This document shows, piece after piece, positions 37,701 to 47,835 of a stretch of DNA of 64,000 nucleotides. Source of the DNA: a virus (Duplodnaviria; Caudoviricetes); IMG/VR virus record IMGVR_UViG_3300013121_000022, positions 64,001 through 128,000 of that record. The stretch is one strand, 5' to 3'. The notes under the pieces were generated by a model. It was given only the letters and a program-made list of their open reading frames with translations, searched no databases and was not told where the DNA came from. Within the stretch, counting starts at the first letter, position 1. Each line of letters starts with the position of its first letter. Made by a program: the position numbers and the translations under genes.

Positions 37701-39111
37701 CGTTGGTCAGGCCGCGTTACTTGGAGTCCCAATTACTGCCGCGATTTTGTTTACACTGAATGCAATCACCGAAGGCGATCTTGCTAGGGATTTCATGAAG
37801 TGGTTTGAACCCGGAACAATTGAACAAGCAAAAATCTTGCTGTCGGTTTTACTGACTGATGATTCGATTTCGGCAACTGATAAGGTTGCGTTAGTCTTCA
37901 AGGAAATCTTGGGATATTTGTCTACCACTAACGATAAACTCGTTGGATTTTTGACAACCATCAATATCCCATTGGTTATTGCAAAATCAATTGCCTCTGA
38001 AACCTACAGACTCATTACGAGTGTTGAAGTAGTTTTAGGCAGAGTGTTGGGAGTAAAAATTCCACAGCCATTGATTGACTTTGCAGAATTGATCCGACAA
38101 TATGCCAATATCGGACTTGATTTTGCTCCAACAAAGCCCAACCAACAGGTTGCCGATGAATCTCAGACTCCGCCTAACCAAAAGCCATTACTGGATCAAG
38201 TAACCGATTCGGCGGCGGCGACTTTGACGGAAGTCTTTAGAATTATCAGTGAAAAGGGATCGGCAATTTCTCAGTCAGTCTATGACTTGATTACCGCTCC
38301 ATCTTTGCAACACTTTATTGATTTGGCAAACGAACTTGTCTGGAACTCCGTTGTACCGGATATGATTGACGAGATTATCGGTCAGTTCTCAAGAGGCGCA
38401 TCGTCCATTGGAACTATATCGTCAATTATTACCAGACTGGTGTTGAGTGCATTTGGAGCAATGGCGTCGGGCGTTGCCCGTATTGTTCAGGGCTTATTGA
38501 ACTTCGCGGTTGGCGCGTTTACGGCATTGTTACGAACAATCTCGAATTTTACATTTTCATCGTCATCGCTGATCAACTTGTTCGTTTCAAACTTGAGTCG
38601 ATCTGTAACAAGTATTTCAAGCATCTTGATTCGTATTCAAGGACTATTCTTTAGTGCTTCCAGTGTCATTACGCAAACTTGGACTCAGATGATTTTGACG
38701 TTGAATTTCTTGAACAATATGATGGTTACAAACGTTACCAACATGATCACTAGAGTCATCAATGGATTTAAGGCGCTATACGATACATTGGTTGGAAATT
38801 CAATTGTTCCAGATTTGGCGGATGAAATTGTTGCCAACTTCGCCGGATTGACTCCGCGCACTGGCCGAGAAGTCTCTGGATTTAAGTCGATGGTTGAAGA
38901 TCAATTAAGCGCAATTGATGGTCAAATGAACATCAAGACACCTGCTAGAGTCGCTGGCGCAAGTCAATCAACCAAGATTGTAGTCGATCAATCGGGTTGG
39001 GTGTTCCCCGCCAACATGGACGCGGCGCAACAAGCAACCATCAAGCGTATTGCTCGTGAAGAATCCTACAACGGAATCATTTCTGTATTTGAAAAGGCAA
39101 AACCAGTCTAA
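34705..39111 (+). CDS. tape measure protein
   Basis: 1468 aa, helical and Ala/Gly/Leu-rich, LVGNSIVPD repeats, synteny. Confidence 0.9.
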   Translation: MNTTVGDIILKIGATFDSSGTKSLQSEIAKTRTGIDSLRQSLAQLNQIKLDNAQIIQRLQSIVNGVIRFREVMESVIGVASRFGAGVANSLGGGINNFIARVSQAINPVNALRGAISGLRRVFDIALGIALFNSLQQLTSQALSMINQLSPLTTGVLAGQIDTSFKALSITAANAGITFDSVRDSVNVLRASGIKAEEAIKALTQGLQIGLKPDQIKQLAGAAQNLAVVIGTDSSEAFNRLFQAVVRGDSQMLRFAGIMKTTDQIIQEFARSHGKTAAEVRANTLLMRQAFVEGILGEASKFAGVYEASLTELQKRIGSFSRTFQDLQIGIGGIFTPLLAGGLGGVEELTERISRLFFVTKKQAGENYGKILADQLNQATAEQIKLTGSTESYTQVQALTQKQVFSLGAAFDAYRTASTTGGDKAVKAQEELNAVLIKVSKSTGASIDQLKKLGETGKLSFDTIVKEGKAFDPSNLAVGLYSLNKALAGLFEDGMKAALGNAFKQVKLDSPEGIEQAIDWGINLVAGFSNGLLQGINNTLVPALVSVAQTVVSFLGIFSPAEQGPLAQDMSKWGSNLGESFADGITEGTPAVANASEEMAQTVADNLNPEESPILSAIQEYGRTISRALLTGLKIQDFSELNFLGGIAQSLLGGGQQDSQGLQNSERARELIAQALNDIRSGGSVAQGTLSSLQGLLGNAFQDYAKYFDLLSQVTDEEEFQAESEKKLAQAKDEIASATDRVREATERLRQFEQDTADIPERYTRGRRRQLQEELDAARQEEEKRRLAAQQLSEDIQKKEDANKKIREQIALQRALIQELARQAAAQAQINKLTQQTPQPNPVDVAAVTSRLEELAGKLPDKIREKLIRAFAPVREEFDKLLAFINGALGKELNLPSNFANLSQEEQRDILQSLTPSYAAGKDFAKALGGIGGSLKGAFDGVLAFFNSPNVQSGLKLIKDILSTDTGKSVITFAIGGLLLNSLSGGLLSGIARFLFSTTVGQAALLGVPITAAILFTLNAITEGDLARDFMKWFEPGTIEQAKILLSVLLTDDSISATDKVALVFKEILGYLSTTNDKLVGFLTTINIPLVIAKSIASETYRLITSVEVVLGRVLGVKIPQPLIDFAELIRQYANIGLDFAPTKPNQQVADESQTPPNQKPLLDQVTDSAAATLTEVFRIISEKGSAISQSVYDLITAPSLQHFIDLANELVWNSVVPDMIDEIIGQFSRGASSIGTISSIITRLVLSAFGAMASGVARIVQGLLNFAVGAFTALLRTISNFTFSSSSLINLFVSNLSRSVTSISSILIRIQGLFFSASSVITQTWTQMILTLNFLNNMMVTNVTNMITRVINGFKALYDTLVGNSIVPDLADEIVANFAGLTPRTGREVSGFKSMVEDQLSAIDGQMNIKTPARVAGASQSTKIVVDQSGWVFPANMDAAQQATIKRIAREESYNGIISVFEKAKPV

Positions 39112-39512
39112 TGGCTAATCAACAGGGTTTAGGCGGAAATTATGCACTTGGATTTACTAATCCTCCAACTCCACTTGAGTCGGTTGGTATTGTCGATCCA
39201 TTTCCGGGAGAGCTTCAACCGTTCTCCGAAGTTTTGGGCGTAGCCGGATCGGGTAAGCAAGTCCGTTTGGGATTACCAATTGCTAAATGGACTTGGGGAA
39301 TGCTTGATCAAACACAATTTGGTTATTTTATGCAGTTCATCTCTGGAGGGGATTCGCGGGTGTATATTAAAACTCGCGTTCCGTCTGGAACGGTTATGAC
39401 ATATCATACGTTTCAGGCAACTATGCATTACCCTTCTAAGGCAACTCCTGTAGCGGGTGGATTATGGCGAGATGTTGAAATAGTGTTTACTCACTTAGTC
39501 AACGCTCCATAA
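39111..39512 (+). CDS. distal tail protein (putative)
   Basis: Small ORF directly after the tape measure gene. Confidence 0.6.
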   Translation: MANQQGLGGNYALGFTNPPTPLESVGIVDPFPGELQPFSEVLGVAGSGKQVRLGLPIAKWTWGMLDQTQFGYFMQFISGGDSRVYIKTRVPSGTVMTYHTFQATMHYPSKATPVAGGLWRDVEIVFTHLVNAP

Positions 39513-39531
39513 TAGATCGGCGCAGATCAAT

Positions 39532-42500
39532 ATGGCGTTTACAGCTTCACAACTTGAAATTCTTCGCAGAAAGCTTCAATACCAGCAAGTTTATCTTGCT
39601 ATCGAATCTCCTATTACCGTTTGGACAGGTCGAGTTGCGGGTTCTCCCAATCCCGGTGCAAACGTCATTACTTTTTCAAACGAAAATGTCATTGCCACTC
39701 CGGTCAACTCATACACTTTACTGGTAGGTTCGACTGCCGGAGCGAGAGATAAGGGTGTTGTTCGTTTTCGATCCAAGTCGGGCAGTACATTAACTCTTGG
39801 CTACAACCATATTGATTGGGATAATGGCGATTACTTGACTATTGTTCGTCAGGTACGACCCTGGGCTTTATTTCCATCGGTGGATGGATCAAAAGAAGAT
39901 CAAGACATTACCTATTCAAACCAAAATAGTCAGGTCGATCCAATCGCGAGAATCGGATCAAGTGCGGCCTGTGCTTTTCGAGATCAAGATGGCTATGCGC
40001 GAGTCAAGTTTTATAGCAACTCTGAAGCAGTATCCGGTAGCTTATCGTCTCATGCATGGACATTTGAAGGCGGACTTCCCGCATCATCAAGTTCGGCGGG
40101 ATCGGTTGGGACTCCCATTGAGGTTTTATTCTCAGGACTTGGACAACATTGGGTGACATATACCGTCACGGATACCAATGGAAAATCCAGCACACGCTAC
40201 TGTATCGTATATGTGTTTGATCGCGACGGAGTGGGTGCGCCACTGGTTCAAGACAATACCAACTATGGACTATCTGCCTTTGAAGTTACGAGCTTGACTG
40301 GAAATTACGAAGATGGTGGTTGGTCACTGGAGTTCAACTCTGAATATCTAAGATCGAATTGGTTGGAGGGTTCTCAGGTAGTTGTATTCGCAGATCAATA
40401 CTGGACAGGCGAACAAACCAATATTGGACTTGGCTGGAGTTATCGAGAAAACATTTTGTTTTCGGGTTGGATCAAAAGCAGTCGAACCAACGAAACTGCC
40501 GACAAATCGTACACCACGTTTTCCTGCTATGGGCCTGTAGGCTGGCTGAAAGAAGCAGAAGCATGGCCTGCTAATTTGACATACGCAAGTAGCGGCTGGC
40601 ATGGACTTGGGGCGAGTATGACTCCAGATCGGGCATCCCTACATTTATTGCGCGAACATTCAAATTTAGACTTGCTATGTGACATTACCCTAACGGGTGT
40701 TTCGTCGTCATTGTTGTACGTAGATTGTGCAGAGGACAGACTTTATAACCAAATCAACAATCAAATTTTGTCGAGTATTAGTGCCCGTCTCTTATCAGAT
40801 CGTCTTGGTCGCTTGATTGCTGAACAAAATCAGCAACTTATTCCTGTAGCGTCTCGATCCGCAGATACGCTTATGATCTTTACATCAGAGGATTGGCGAG
40901 ATGAAATAAGTTTGGGTGATGAATTTGACTTCACCCAAGTCAGTCAAATTGACTTTGCAGGTTTCTATTACTCTGGTGCTGATCCTAAAAAATACTATTC
41001 ACTTGCTCCTGGACGCGAGCTTTCCACTGGATCAATCGAGCAAATTACCGGAGTTCGCGCTGATACGCAAGAAGCTACTAATATTTTGGCAGGCTTGTAT
41101 TTGGCATGGCGCAATAACAAATTTCAGGATGTCCGTTTACCCCTTGCCGGATTTATGCCTATGGATATTGTTCCGCAACAACGAATATCGATTACCTTAG
41201 CGGCAAGCGATACAACGCGTCAATTGGTTTGGTCGGCTAAATCGTTCTGGATTCGATCCGTTGTTCATGATTTGACACGCGGATCGATTGCGACTGACAT
41301 AACTGCTGAGGCCGAATCGGACGGGCCACCCGGAGTAACCAATATTATTCCTGATGACGCTCCGCCTGCATATCCAGATTATGCGGGATCGTTTGATATA
41401 CCCGAAATTACTCCTACTGATGTACCCGAAGCTACTGTAGAAGCGGGTGATGGAAATACGATGTTCGGAATTAGTTATAACAATTCCTACATTGTTCGCA
41501 CGTTTGACTTTTTGGCGGTATCTCCGACATGGACAGATATTACAGGTGCGTGTACCGGAACAAAGTATGTCTTTCGCCTTGATCCGTTTGATCCTGCAAA
41601 TAAAGCCACTTGTTTGACTTCAACGGGAGTCTGGTATTCAACAAACATTCGCGATACTTCGCCAACGTGGACACAAAGTATTTCTAATACCCAACTGGCA
41701 ACCTTATGCGGAAAAACACTGTCTTATGATTTTCAGCTGTGCCACATGAGTCATACAATTGTGTCGGAAGGAAAATTGTATGTCATGATTTTGAATGCCA
41801 CTGATTCGGCTGGCAACTATTATGAGTCGGTGTTATTCAAGACATCCAATTATGCATCTGGATCGTCGGGATGGTCTGCCATTGTCAATAAAATTTGGGG
41901 ATATAAGGCTTTATCTCCGAACGCAGAAGCATTGGCGATTAGCCAACGCAATCCTGGTTATATATTTGCATCAGTTGGAATGTATAGTTACCCAAACGTA
42001 GCTGGGCAACTATGCAAATCAACGGACGATGGAGTAACATGGACTTATCATGTCATTAGCGGAACTGATCCGCAAAACGGATGTCATTTGTTTATTCCAT
42101 ATACTGGCAACAACGATCAAATCATTTATGCTGGTCATCCTACACACTCAGGAAGTCATTCTGGCAAATTTGTTAAATCGACTAATGGTGGAGCTTCATG
42201 GTCTGGTATAACGACAGGCGGATTGATGTGGACTCCCGAATCCATGACGGAATCGCCTATTGTTACAGGCGGAACAGCGACATGGGTCATTATTGATGAT
42301 ACACTGTATATTTATGACGGTACAACTCTTACGGGCATAGGAGCAAGTCCCGGATCAACTAGCTTGGCAGGTAATGCGGCCAAAGGTGGTTTCGGCGGAT
42401 GGCCTTTTGATAACAACATTATTCGTTTGTCGTATCGTGACGGATCGGGTTACTGTCGGGTGTATCGATCTACAGATGGCGGATTGAATTGGACAGACTG

Positions 42501-42576
42501 CACTGGTAACATATCATCTATTTTCACAGGTACACACTTGGTTTATCTTGTTCCAATTTGGGTTGCATATTCATGA
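39532..42576 (+). CDS. tail hub/tip protein with PKD-like and BNR beta-propeller domains
   Basis: VTDTNGKSS; repeated KSTDDGVTW / KSTNGGASW / RSTDGGLNW Asp-boxes. Confidence 0.75.
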   Translation: MAFTASQLEILRRKLQYQQVYLAIESPITVWTGRVAGSPNPGANVITFSNENVIATPVNSYTLLVGSTAGARDKGVVRFRSKSGSTLTLGYNHIDWDNGDYLTIVRQVRPWALFPSVDGSKEDQDITYSNQNSQVDPIARIGSSAACAFRDQDGYARVKFYSNSEAVSGSLSSHAWTFEGGLPASSSSAGSVGTPIEVLFSGLGQHWVTYTVTDTNGKSSTRYCIVYVFDRDGVGAPLVQDNTNYGLSAFEVTSLTGNYEDGGWSLEFNSEYLRSNWLEGSQVVVFADQYWTGEQTNIGLGWSYRENILFSGWIKSSRTNETADKSYTTFSCYGPVGWLKEAEAWPANLTYASSGWHGLGASMTPDRASLHLLREHSNLDLLCDITLTGVSSSLLYVDCAEDRLYNQINNQILSSISARLLSDRLGRLIAEQNQQLIPVASRSADTLMIFTSEDWRDEISLGDEFDFTQVSQIDFAGFYYSGADPKKYYSLAPGRELSTGSIEQITGVRADTQEATNILAGLYLAWRNNKFQDVRLPLAGFMPMDIVPQQRISITLAASDTTRQLVWSAKSFWIRSVVHDLTRGSIATDITAEAESDGPPGVTNIIPDDAPPAYPDYAGSFDIPEITPTDVPEATVEAGDGNTMFGISYNNSYIVRTFDFLAVSPTWTDITGACTGTKYVFRLDPFDPANKATCLTSTGVWYSTNIRDTSPTWTQSISNTQLATLCGKTLSYDFQLCHMSHTIVSEGKLYVMILNATDSAGNYYESVLFKTSNYASGSSGWSAIVNKIWGYKALSPNAEALAISQRNPGYIFASVGMYSYPNVAGQLCKSTDDGVTWTYHVISGTDPQNGCHLFIPYTGNNDQIIYAGHPTHSGSHSGKFVKSTNGGASWSGITTGGLMWTPESMTESPIVTGGTATWVIIDDTLYIYDGTTLTGIGASPGSTSLAGNAAKGGFGGWPFDNNIIRLSYRDGSGYCRVYRSTDGGLNWTDCTGNISSIFTGTHLVYLVPIWVAYS

Positions 42577-43922
42577 CTACTTTAGATGAGGCACGAGCTG
42601 TAATTGATCGTTTTTCTGGACGATTCAAACCTAAGCAAACTCAACTGTTTGGCGTGTTGGGCAATGGTTCTGGAATTGTTACTGGAACACGATCTAATAA
42701 CGTTTTTGTCAGAATTGGATCATCTCCGCCTGTAGAAATATTCAACATGCGTGTGCCTCCTATCAACGACTTGCCCGTTGCGATTGGCTACGATCAAAAC
42801 CCAAGCTTGATGGAAGTTTTGGATGTTGATAAGACCAGAGTTACTGATTGGTTGAATTATGCTTATGTTCCGCCACACGCACACTCGCATACATATGGAG
42901 ATGAGGCGAGTGGATACCCTGACATTATCTATTTACAAAAGCGTCAATTTATTCCGTTGATGTGTATTCCGACAACCCCGCCAAGTATGGTTGTCAAAGT
43001 CTTGTCGGATTATTATCCATATGGAGTGTCTTGGAAATACTTTTCCGGTGCAAACTCTGCCAATCTTTCGTCATATCGACCCGGAACTGGCAATGCTCGA
43101 TTTGTGACAATTTACATTGATGCAACTTCAAACACACTCGGATATATTTCAGGATCGGCGTATTCATTGGCATTCCCGCCAGATGAAGTTAGAGATTACA
43201 TTCCTGTTCCGCCAGAGGGATCAATTCCGGTTGCGGCCATTTTGCTAACCGGATCGGGCGAGTCTCGTATTGTTGAAAGCGACATTTATGATGTTCGACT
43301 GATTTATAACTCTCTTGGTGGAACGTCAACTCCAACGTATGCCAGTTCGTCACTTAATCCCGAAACACTTGATCCAACTCGGAGTGCTCAACCGGGAACG
43401 TCTAGTTATCCAGCTCGCTTAGATCATCGTCATGCGATCAATCTGTATGGATCGGGTATTCCATCCGGTATTGCTTATGGGCCTCGTAAAGGTATCTCGC
43501 CCTGGGCGGCTCGTGAAGATCATACTCATCATTTAACATCGGGTATTATTCCGACATGGGCGATTGCCGATCAAGCTATCACATCGGCAAAAATTGCTAC
43601 CGAAGCGATCTATCCCTATCACATTGGTTCGGGTGTGATCAAGCAATATCATCTAGACTCATCGATTAGTCTTGGATCGTCCTCTGGAACATCATCGGCA
43701 GGCGGACACTTACATGGTCTGGCTCGATGGAGTGTATATTCTGGTTTGGCAACTGTTGATTTGCCAGATTATGCAGAATATCTGGAAAGCATATCAAACT
43801 TGGGGTATGAACTTGATCCGATTAATTTCGTTTTAACTGCATCCGGTGATAAAATTCAGTTTAATCCACCGTTTTCTGGAAGTGGTATTGTTGTTGCACA
43901 TTACGTAATAGCTCAACTATGA
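42573..43922 (+). CDS. minor tail/fibre protein
   Basis: ARLDHRH / AREDHTH fibre-type motifs; synteny. Confidence 0.65.
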   Translation: MTTLDEARAVIDRFSGRFKPKQTQLFGVLGNGSGIVTGTRSNNVFVRIGSSPPVEIFNMRVPPINDLPVAIGYDQNPSLMEVLDVDKTRVTDWLNYAYVPPHAHSHTYGDEASGYPDIIYLQKRQFIPLMCIPTTPPSMVVKVLSDYYPYGVSWKYFSGANSANLSSYRPGTGNARFVTIYIDATSNTLGYISGSAYSLAFPPDEVRDYIPVPPEGSIPVAAILLTGSGESRIVESDIYDVRLIYNSLGGTSTPTYASSSLNPETLDPTRSAQPGTSSYPARLDHRHAINLYGSGIPSGIAYGPRKGISPWAAREDHTHHLTSGIIPTWAIADQAITSAKIATEAIYPYHIGSGVIKQYHLDSSISLGSSSGTSSAGGHLHGLARWSVYSGLATVDLPDYAEYLESISNLGYELDPINFVLTASGDKIQFNPPFSGSGIVVAHYVIAQL

Positions 43923-44626
43923 CATTTTATCTTTTTAATCCGACTACTAATAGCCCAATTGCCGTTGTAGATTTGACGTTAGTCAATGGTCAAATTGTAT
44001 TACGCCCAAATGAACTGGTACTGAATTCATCGGTAACTCCAAGCGCCTATTCAAGTAATCAAGACAACTTATCTATTACTGGATTGAATACGGCAACAAC
44101 TATTCGAATGTCATCAACTGGTACAATCAACATTACAGGATTGGCGAATGGGAGTGATGGAAAAACACTGTTTATTCATAATGTTGGCGTAAATAACATT
44201 TTGTTTTTGTCAGAAGACAGCGGTAGTTTAGCGGCTAATAGATTTGCCTTACCAGATACAGTCACCCTGAGCGCCAATTCAATTATCATTGTTCAATATG
44301 ATGGTACAAGTCAACGTTGGAGAATTTTGTATGCAGGTTCTGGAGGGGTTGGATCGCCCGGAACGTGGTATGAAACTGAAATCGATTTTGGCTCAACCCC
44401 GGTGTTTGATGCTCAATTTACAATAGTCGATGTTACTGTTGGGGCAACTGACAAAATTATTGTTGTTTCAAGCGGTAATGCTCCAACTGGACTGGCAGTC
44501 GGAGAAGGTCAATTCGACAATATTGGATATACCGCAAAAGCGGCATCAGGCAGTTTTACACTATGGGCAATTGCTGTCCCTGGGCCAGTTATGGGTAAGC
44601 GAAAAATCTTTTATCAAATAGGTTAA
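43919..44626 (+). CDS. minor tail protein
   Basis: ITGLANG.DG...S.AANRF...YDGTSQRW motif. Confidence 0.65.
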   Translation: MTFYLFNPTTNSPIAVVDLTLVNGQIVLRPNELVLNSSVTPSAYSSNQDNLSITGLNTATTIRMSSTGTINITGLANGSDGKTLFIHNVGVNNILFLSEDSGSLAANRFALPDTVTLSANSIIIVQYDGTSQRWRILYAGSGGVGSPGTWYETEIDFGSTPVFDAQFTIVDVTVGATDKIIVVSSGNAPTGLAVGEGQFDNIGYTAKAASGSFTLWAIAVPGPVMGKRKIFYQIG

Positions 44627-44632
44627 AACATT

Positions 44633-46156
44633 ATGGCAAACATTCAAGGTGGTTCAGATACCGCCAATATTCAAAACGTAGATGCAAATTACAATGGACA
44701 GGTCAATCTTCCATATACAACTCCAGCGGGTGTCGATCAGGGTGGAGGATTATCAAAGGCGGGTTTTGCGTCTGTGGCCGCCGAATCCGATCCGGGTGAA
44801 ATCACTGGTACGCGACTGATTCGGCAAATTGAGGCATCCGAAGACTTTAGAGTCCGCGCAGGACTTGATTCTTTATTGTTCCATCATTCATTTGAAGGAA
44901 CAAACATCGCAAGAGATCGTATTCAGCAAAACGATACCACAGCAACTGCGGCTCAGGCTACTGGAATTTTGACTATCAATAGCGGTGCAAGCGTCACCTC
45001 TGGTCAGGGTTGTAACATTCGCACCTATAGAACATTTCCGGTTTTCGGATCATATCCGACTTATATTGATATGTGGTTGCGTGAAACTAATCCATCAGCA
45101 ACCAATGCGGTTAGCGAATGGGGGCTTGGTTATGTTTCTGGTGTTACCGTTCAAGTAGTGGACGGTATATTTTTCCGACGATTGTCGGGAGGTCAGTTAC
45201 GAGCAGTCATGGTGTTCAACAGCGTAGATGTGGCTACTGTTGATATTAACACTGCGAACGTACCTTCCCGTGATGGTTCAGGATCGTTTGACGAGGCTGA
45301 AATCAATCATTATCTAATCACTTTCCATGCCGATGTTGCTAATTTCTGGATCAATGATGTTCTGGTCGCGTCCATTAAATCTTTGTCTACTCAGGGATCG
45401 CCAACCTATGCAGTAACCCAACCAATTTTTGCTCGTGTTTACAATTCAGCTGGAGCGTCGGCGGCTCGACAACTTGGTATTGCGCTTTTGTCGGCATCGC
45501 TTGGCGACATGCATTCTGGTAAGCCCTATGGTCATCAAGTGGCAGGTTTTGGTGGTGGTTCATATCAGATTCAACCCGGAACTGCATCAGGGCCAACTGT
45601 TACACGTGGTACAGGCGCAAACGGATGGCCTACTTCTGCAACCGCTCGTGCCGCTGGTACATGGACAGCAACTTCAGCTCCGGCGCTAAATTCACTTGGT
45701 GGAAACTGGCTAAGTCCGGCAATATCTACACTAACATCCGAAGCAGATTATCCGGTTTTTGCTTATCTTAATCCAGCGGGTGCTGTAGGTGTACCCGGAA
45801 AGACCTTGTATATTACTCAAGTCAAATGGGGTAAAACAATTGCAACCGTTGCAGCTGCAACCAACTCCATTATTTTGAACTACATATTGGGAGTGGGATC
45901 GACTGGTTCTGGTACGGCAGTGGCAGAAGCGGCGGCAGCTGTTGCAGCTCGCGGAATTGTATTGGATAACATTCCATTCAAATCAACTGCCGCTATTGGT
46001 GATTATGTTGAAGGTGGTCAAATGGATTTCTCGCAAGCTCCATTGGTTGTTCCTCCGGGATGCTATCTTCACTTTATTGTTCGTCCATTCGGAACTGTCG
46101 CGTCTAATACTTTGGTTGTCGCAAGTTCAGTTGCGTTTGCTGGATATTTTGAATAA
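44633..46156 (+). CDS. tail-associated structural protein
   Basis: 507 aa, beta-rich, Ala/Gly/Thr-rich. Confidence 0.65.
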   Translation: MANIQGGSDTANIQNVDANYNGQVNLPYTTPAGVDQGGGLSKAGFASVAAESDPGEITGTRLIRQIEASEDFRVRAGLDSLLFHHSFEGTNIARDRIQQNDTTATAAQATGILTINSGASVTSGQGCNIRTYRTFPVFGSYPTYIDMWLRETNPSATNAVSEWGLGYVSGVTVQVVDGIFFRRLSGGQLRAVMVFNSVDVATVDINTANVPSRDGSGSFDEAEINHYLITFHADVANFWINDVLVASIKSLSTQGSPTYAVTQPIFARVYNSAGASAARQLGIALLSASLGDMHSGKPYGHQVAGFGGGSYQIQPGTASGPTVTRGTGANGWPTSATARAAGTWTATSAPALNSLGGNWLSPAISTLTSEADYPVFAYLNPAGAVGVPGKTLYITQVKWGKTIATVAAATNSIILNYILGVGSTGSGTAVAEAAAAVAARGIVLDNIPFKSTAAIGDYVEGGQMDFSQAPLVVPPGCYLHFIVRPFGTVASNTLVVASSVAFAGYFE

Positions 46157-46168
46157 GACATATATCTA

Positions 46169-47005
46169 ATGCCAAATACAGCACTCAATAGAACAATTGC
46201 ATTGGTATTGACAAATAAAAGCGGCGGCAGTGTCGTACAGGGCGATGTCGTGATTGTTGGGTCGGCTACTGCTTCATCTTTTGTTACCAACTCTACTTTA
46301 GCTTTAGTGACAGACGTAATTGGGGTTGTTATTGAACCCAATGGAATTGCGAATAATTACGATGGACTGATTGCGATTCAAGGTTATGTTCCAAAAATAA
46401 ACTTGTCGTCATCCGCTTCTTTGGGTGATACATTTCATTTGGATTCAGTCGCCAAACAAGCCGTTCCACACTCGGATCGGAGATCGTCTGATTTTGGTCA
46501 GGTTTTGACTACCGGATCGACTCCACGAGCTTATTTGTTTGGGCAAAATAAAATTCCATCATACGCAAAACTCAGCGACGTTAAATCGGCTGGAACAAAT
46601 GGTGGAACATTCACATCTGGATCGTGGCAAACTAGAACACTGAATACGGAAGACACAGATGACGATGGTATCGTGTCTTTGTCATCAAATCAGTTTACTT
46701 TACAGGCCGGAACATATCGAATTTGTGCATCAACTCCTGCTTATTATATTGCGGCTCATAAAGCCAAACTATACAATATTACTGCGGCGGTTGATGTAAT
46801 TCTCGGAACAACCGAGATGTCGTATACGGACGGATCAATTACTACCAGATCGATGGTCGTTGGACAATTTACAATATCGTCTGCCAGTGTTTTTGAAATA
46901 CAACATCGATGCGAAATCACTAGAGCAACCGATGGACTTGGATACCGATCAAACTTCGGAGTTGCAGAAGTCTATACCGTTGTTGAACTCTGGAAATTGT
47001 ACTAA
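46169..47005 (+). CDS. fibre/decoration protein paralog 1
   Basis: TNKSG..V..GDVV N-domain plus SGSWQTRTLNT...LQAGTY C-domain. Confidence 0.7.
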   Translation: MPNTALNRTIALVLTNKSGGSVVQGDVVIVGSATASSFVTNSTLALVTDVIGVVIEPNGIANNYDGLIAIQGYVPKINLSSSASLGDTFHLDSVAKQAVPHSDRRSSDFGQVLTTGSTPRAYLFGQNKIPSYAKLSDVKSAGTNGGTFTSGSWQTRTLNTEDTDDDGIVSLSSNQFTLQAGTYRICASTPAYYIAAHKAKLYNITAAVDVILGTTEMSYTDGSITTRSMVVGQFTISSASVFEIQHRCEITRATDGLGYRSNFGVAEVYTVVELWKLY

Positions 47006-47007
47006 CT

Positions 47008-47835
47008 ATGCCAACAGCTCTTAATCGATCTATTGTTGTTTTTTTGACCAATAAAAGCGGATTGCAAGTTAGTTATGGATCGGTGGTTGTCCTAAATGCT
47101 GTTTCGAGTAGCTTTACCTTGAATACTACCGAAGGCTTGATCAACAATTCGGTGGGTGTCGTGGCCGAACCTACAGGCATTTCTAACGACGCTCAAGGTG
47201 CGGTAATTATTGGCGGTTATGTTCCTCAGATCAACTTGGATTCCGGATGTACGATTCTTGATTTTATTAAGACATCCAGCACAAGCGGAAAAGGAAAACC
47301 ATTTACCCCTAAAGGCAGGGGCGCATTTGGACAAGCTCTTACCGCATCTGTCAATCCAGAAGCAATCCTGTTTGGATCGATTTTATCGGTTGAATCGTAT
47401 GCACTGTTTGTTGATCAAAAATCGGCTGGAACGGGTGGCGGGACATCTACATCTGGATCGTGGCAAACTAGAACACTGAATACGGTAATTAGCAATAGCG
47501 ATAATATTGCATCGTTATCGTCAAACCAACTTACATTACAAGCAGGAACATATCGACTTAGAGCTAGAGCGCCTGCCTACTTTACCGATAGAACTCAAGC
47601 ACGTTGGCGCAATGTGACTGATGGCACAACAACACTGGTTGGTAGCACAATTTACCTAACGGCTGGCGCTTACGATGGCGCGAATTGGGTTGAAGGGGAA
47701 TTTACGATTATCGCAGCTAAAACTTTTGAATTACAGCAACGCGTCACTGTAACGTCGGCTACATATGGATTCGGCGTTAACCCAAGTTTCGATGAAAACG
47801 CGATATATGCTACGGTTGAACTCTGGAAATTATGA
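47008..47835 (+). CDS. fibre/decoration protein paralog 2
   Basis: Same two-domain architecture as paralog 1. Confidence 0.7.
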   Translation: MPTALNRSIVVFLTNKSGLQVSYGSVVVLNAVSSSFTLNTTEGLINNSVGVVAEPTGISNDAQGAVIIGGYVPQINLDSGCTILDFIKTSSTSGKGKPFTPKGRGAFGQALTASVNPEAILFGSILSVESYALFVDQKSAGTGGGTSTSGSWQTRTLNTVISNSDNIASLSSNQLTLQAGTYRLRARAPAYFTDRTQARWRNVTDGTTTLVGSTIYLTAGAYDGANWVEGEFTIIAAKTFELQQRVTVTSATYGFGVNPSFDENAIYATVELWKL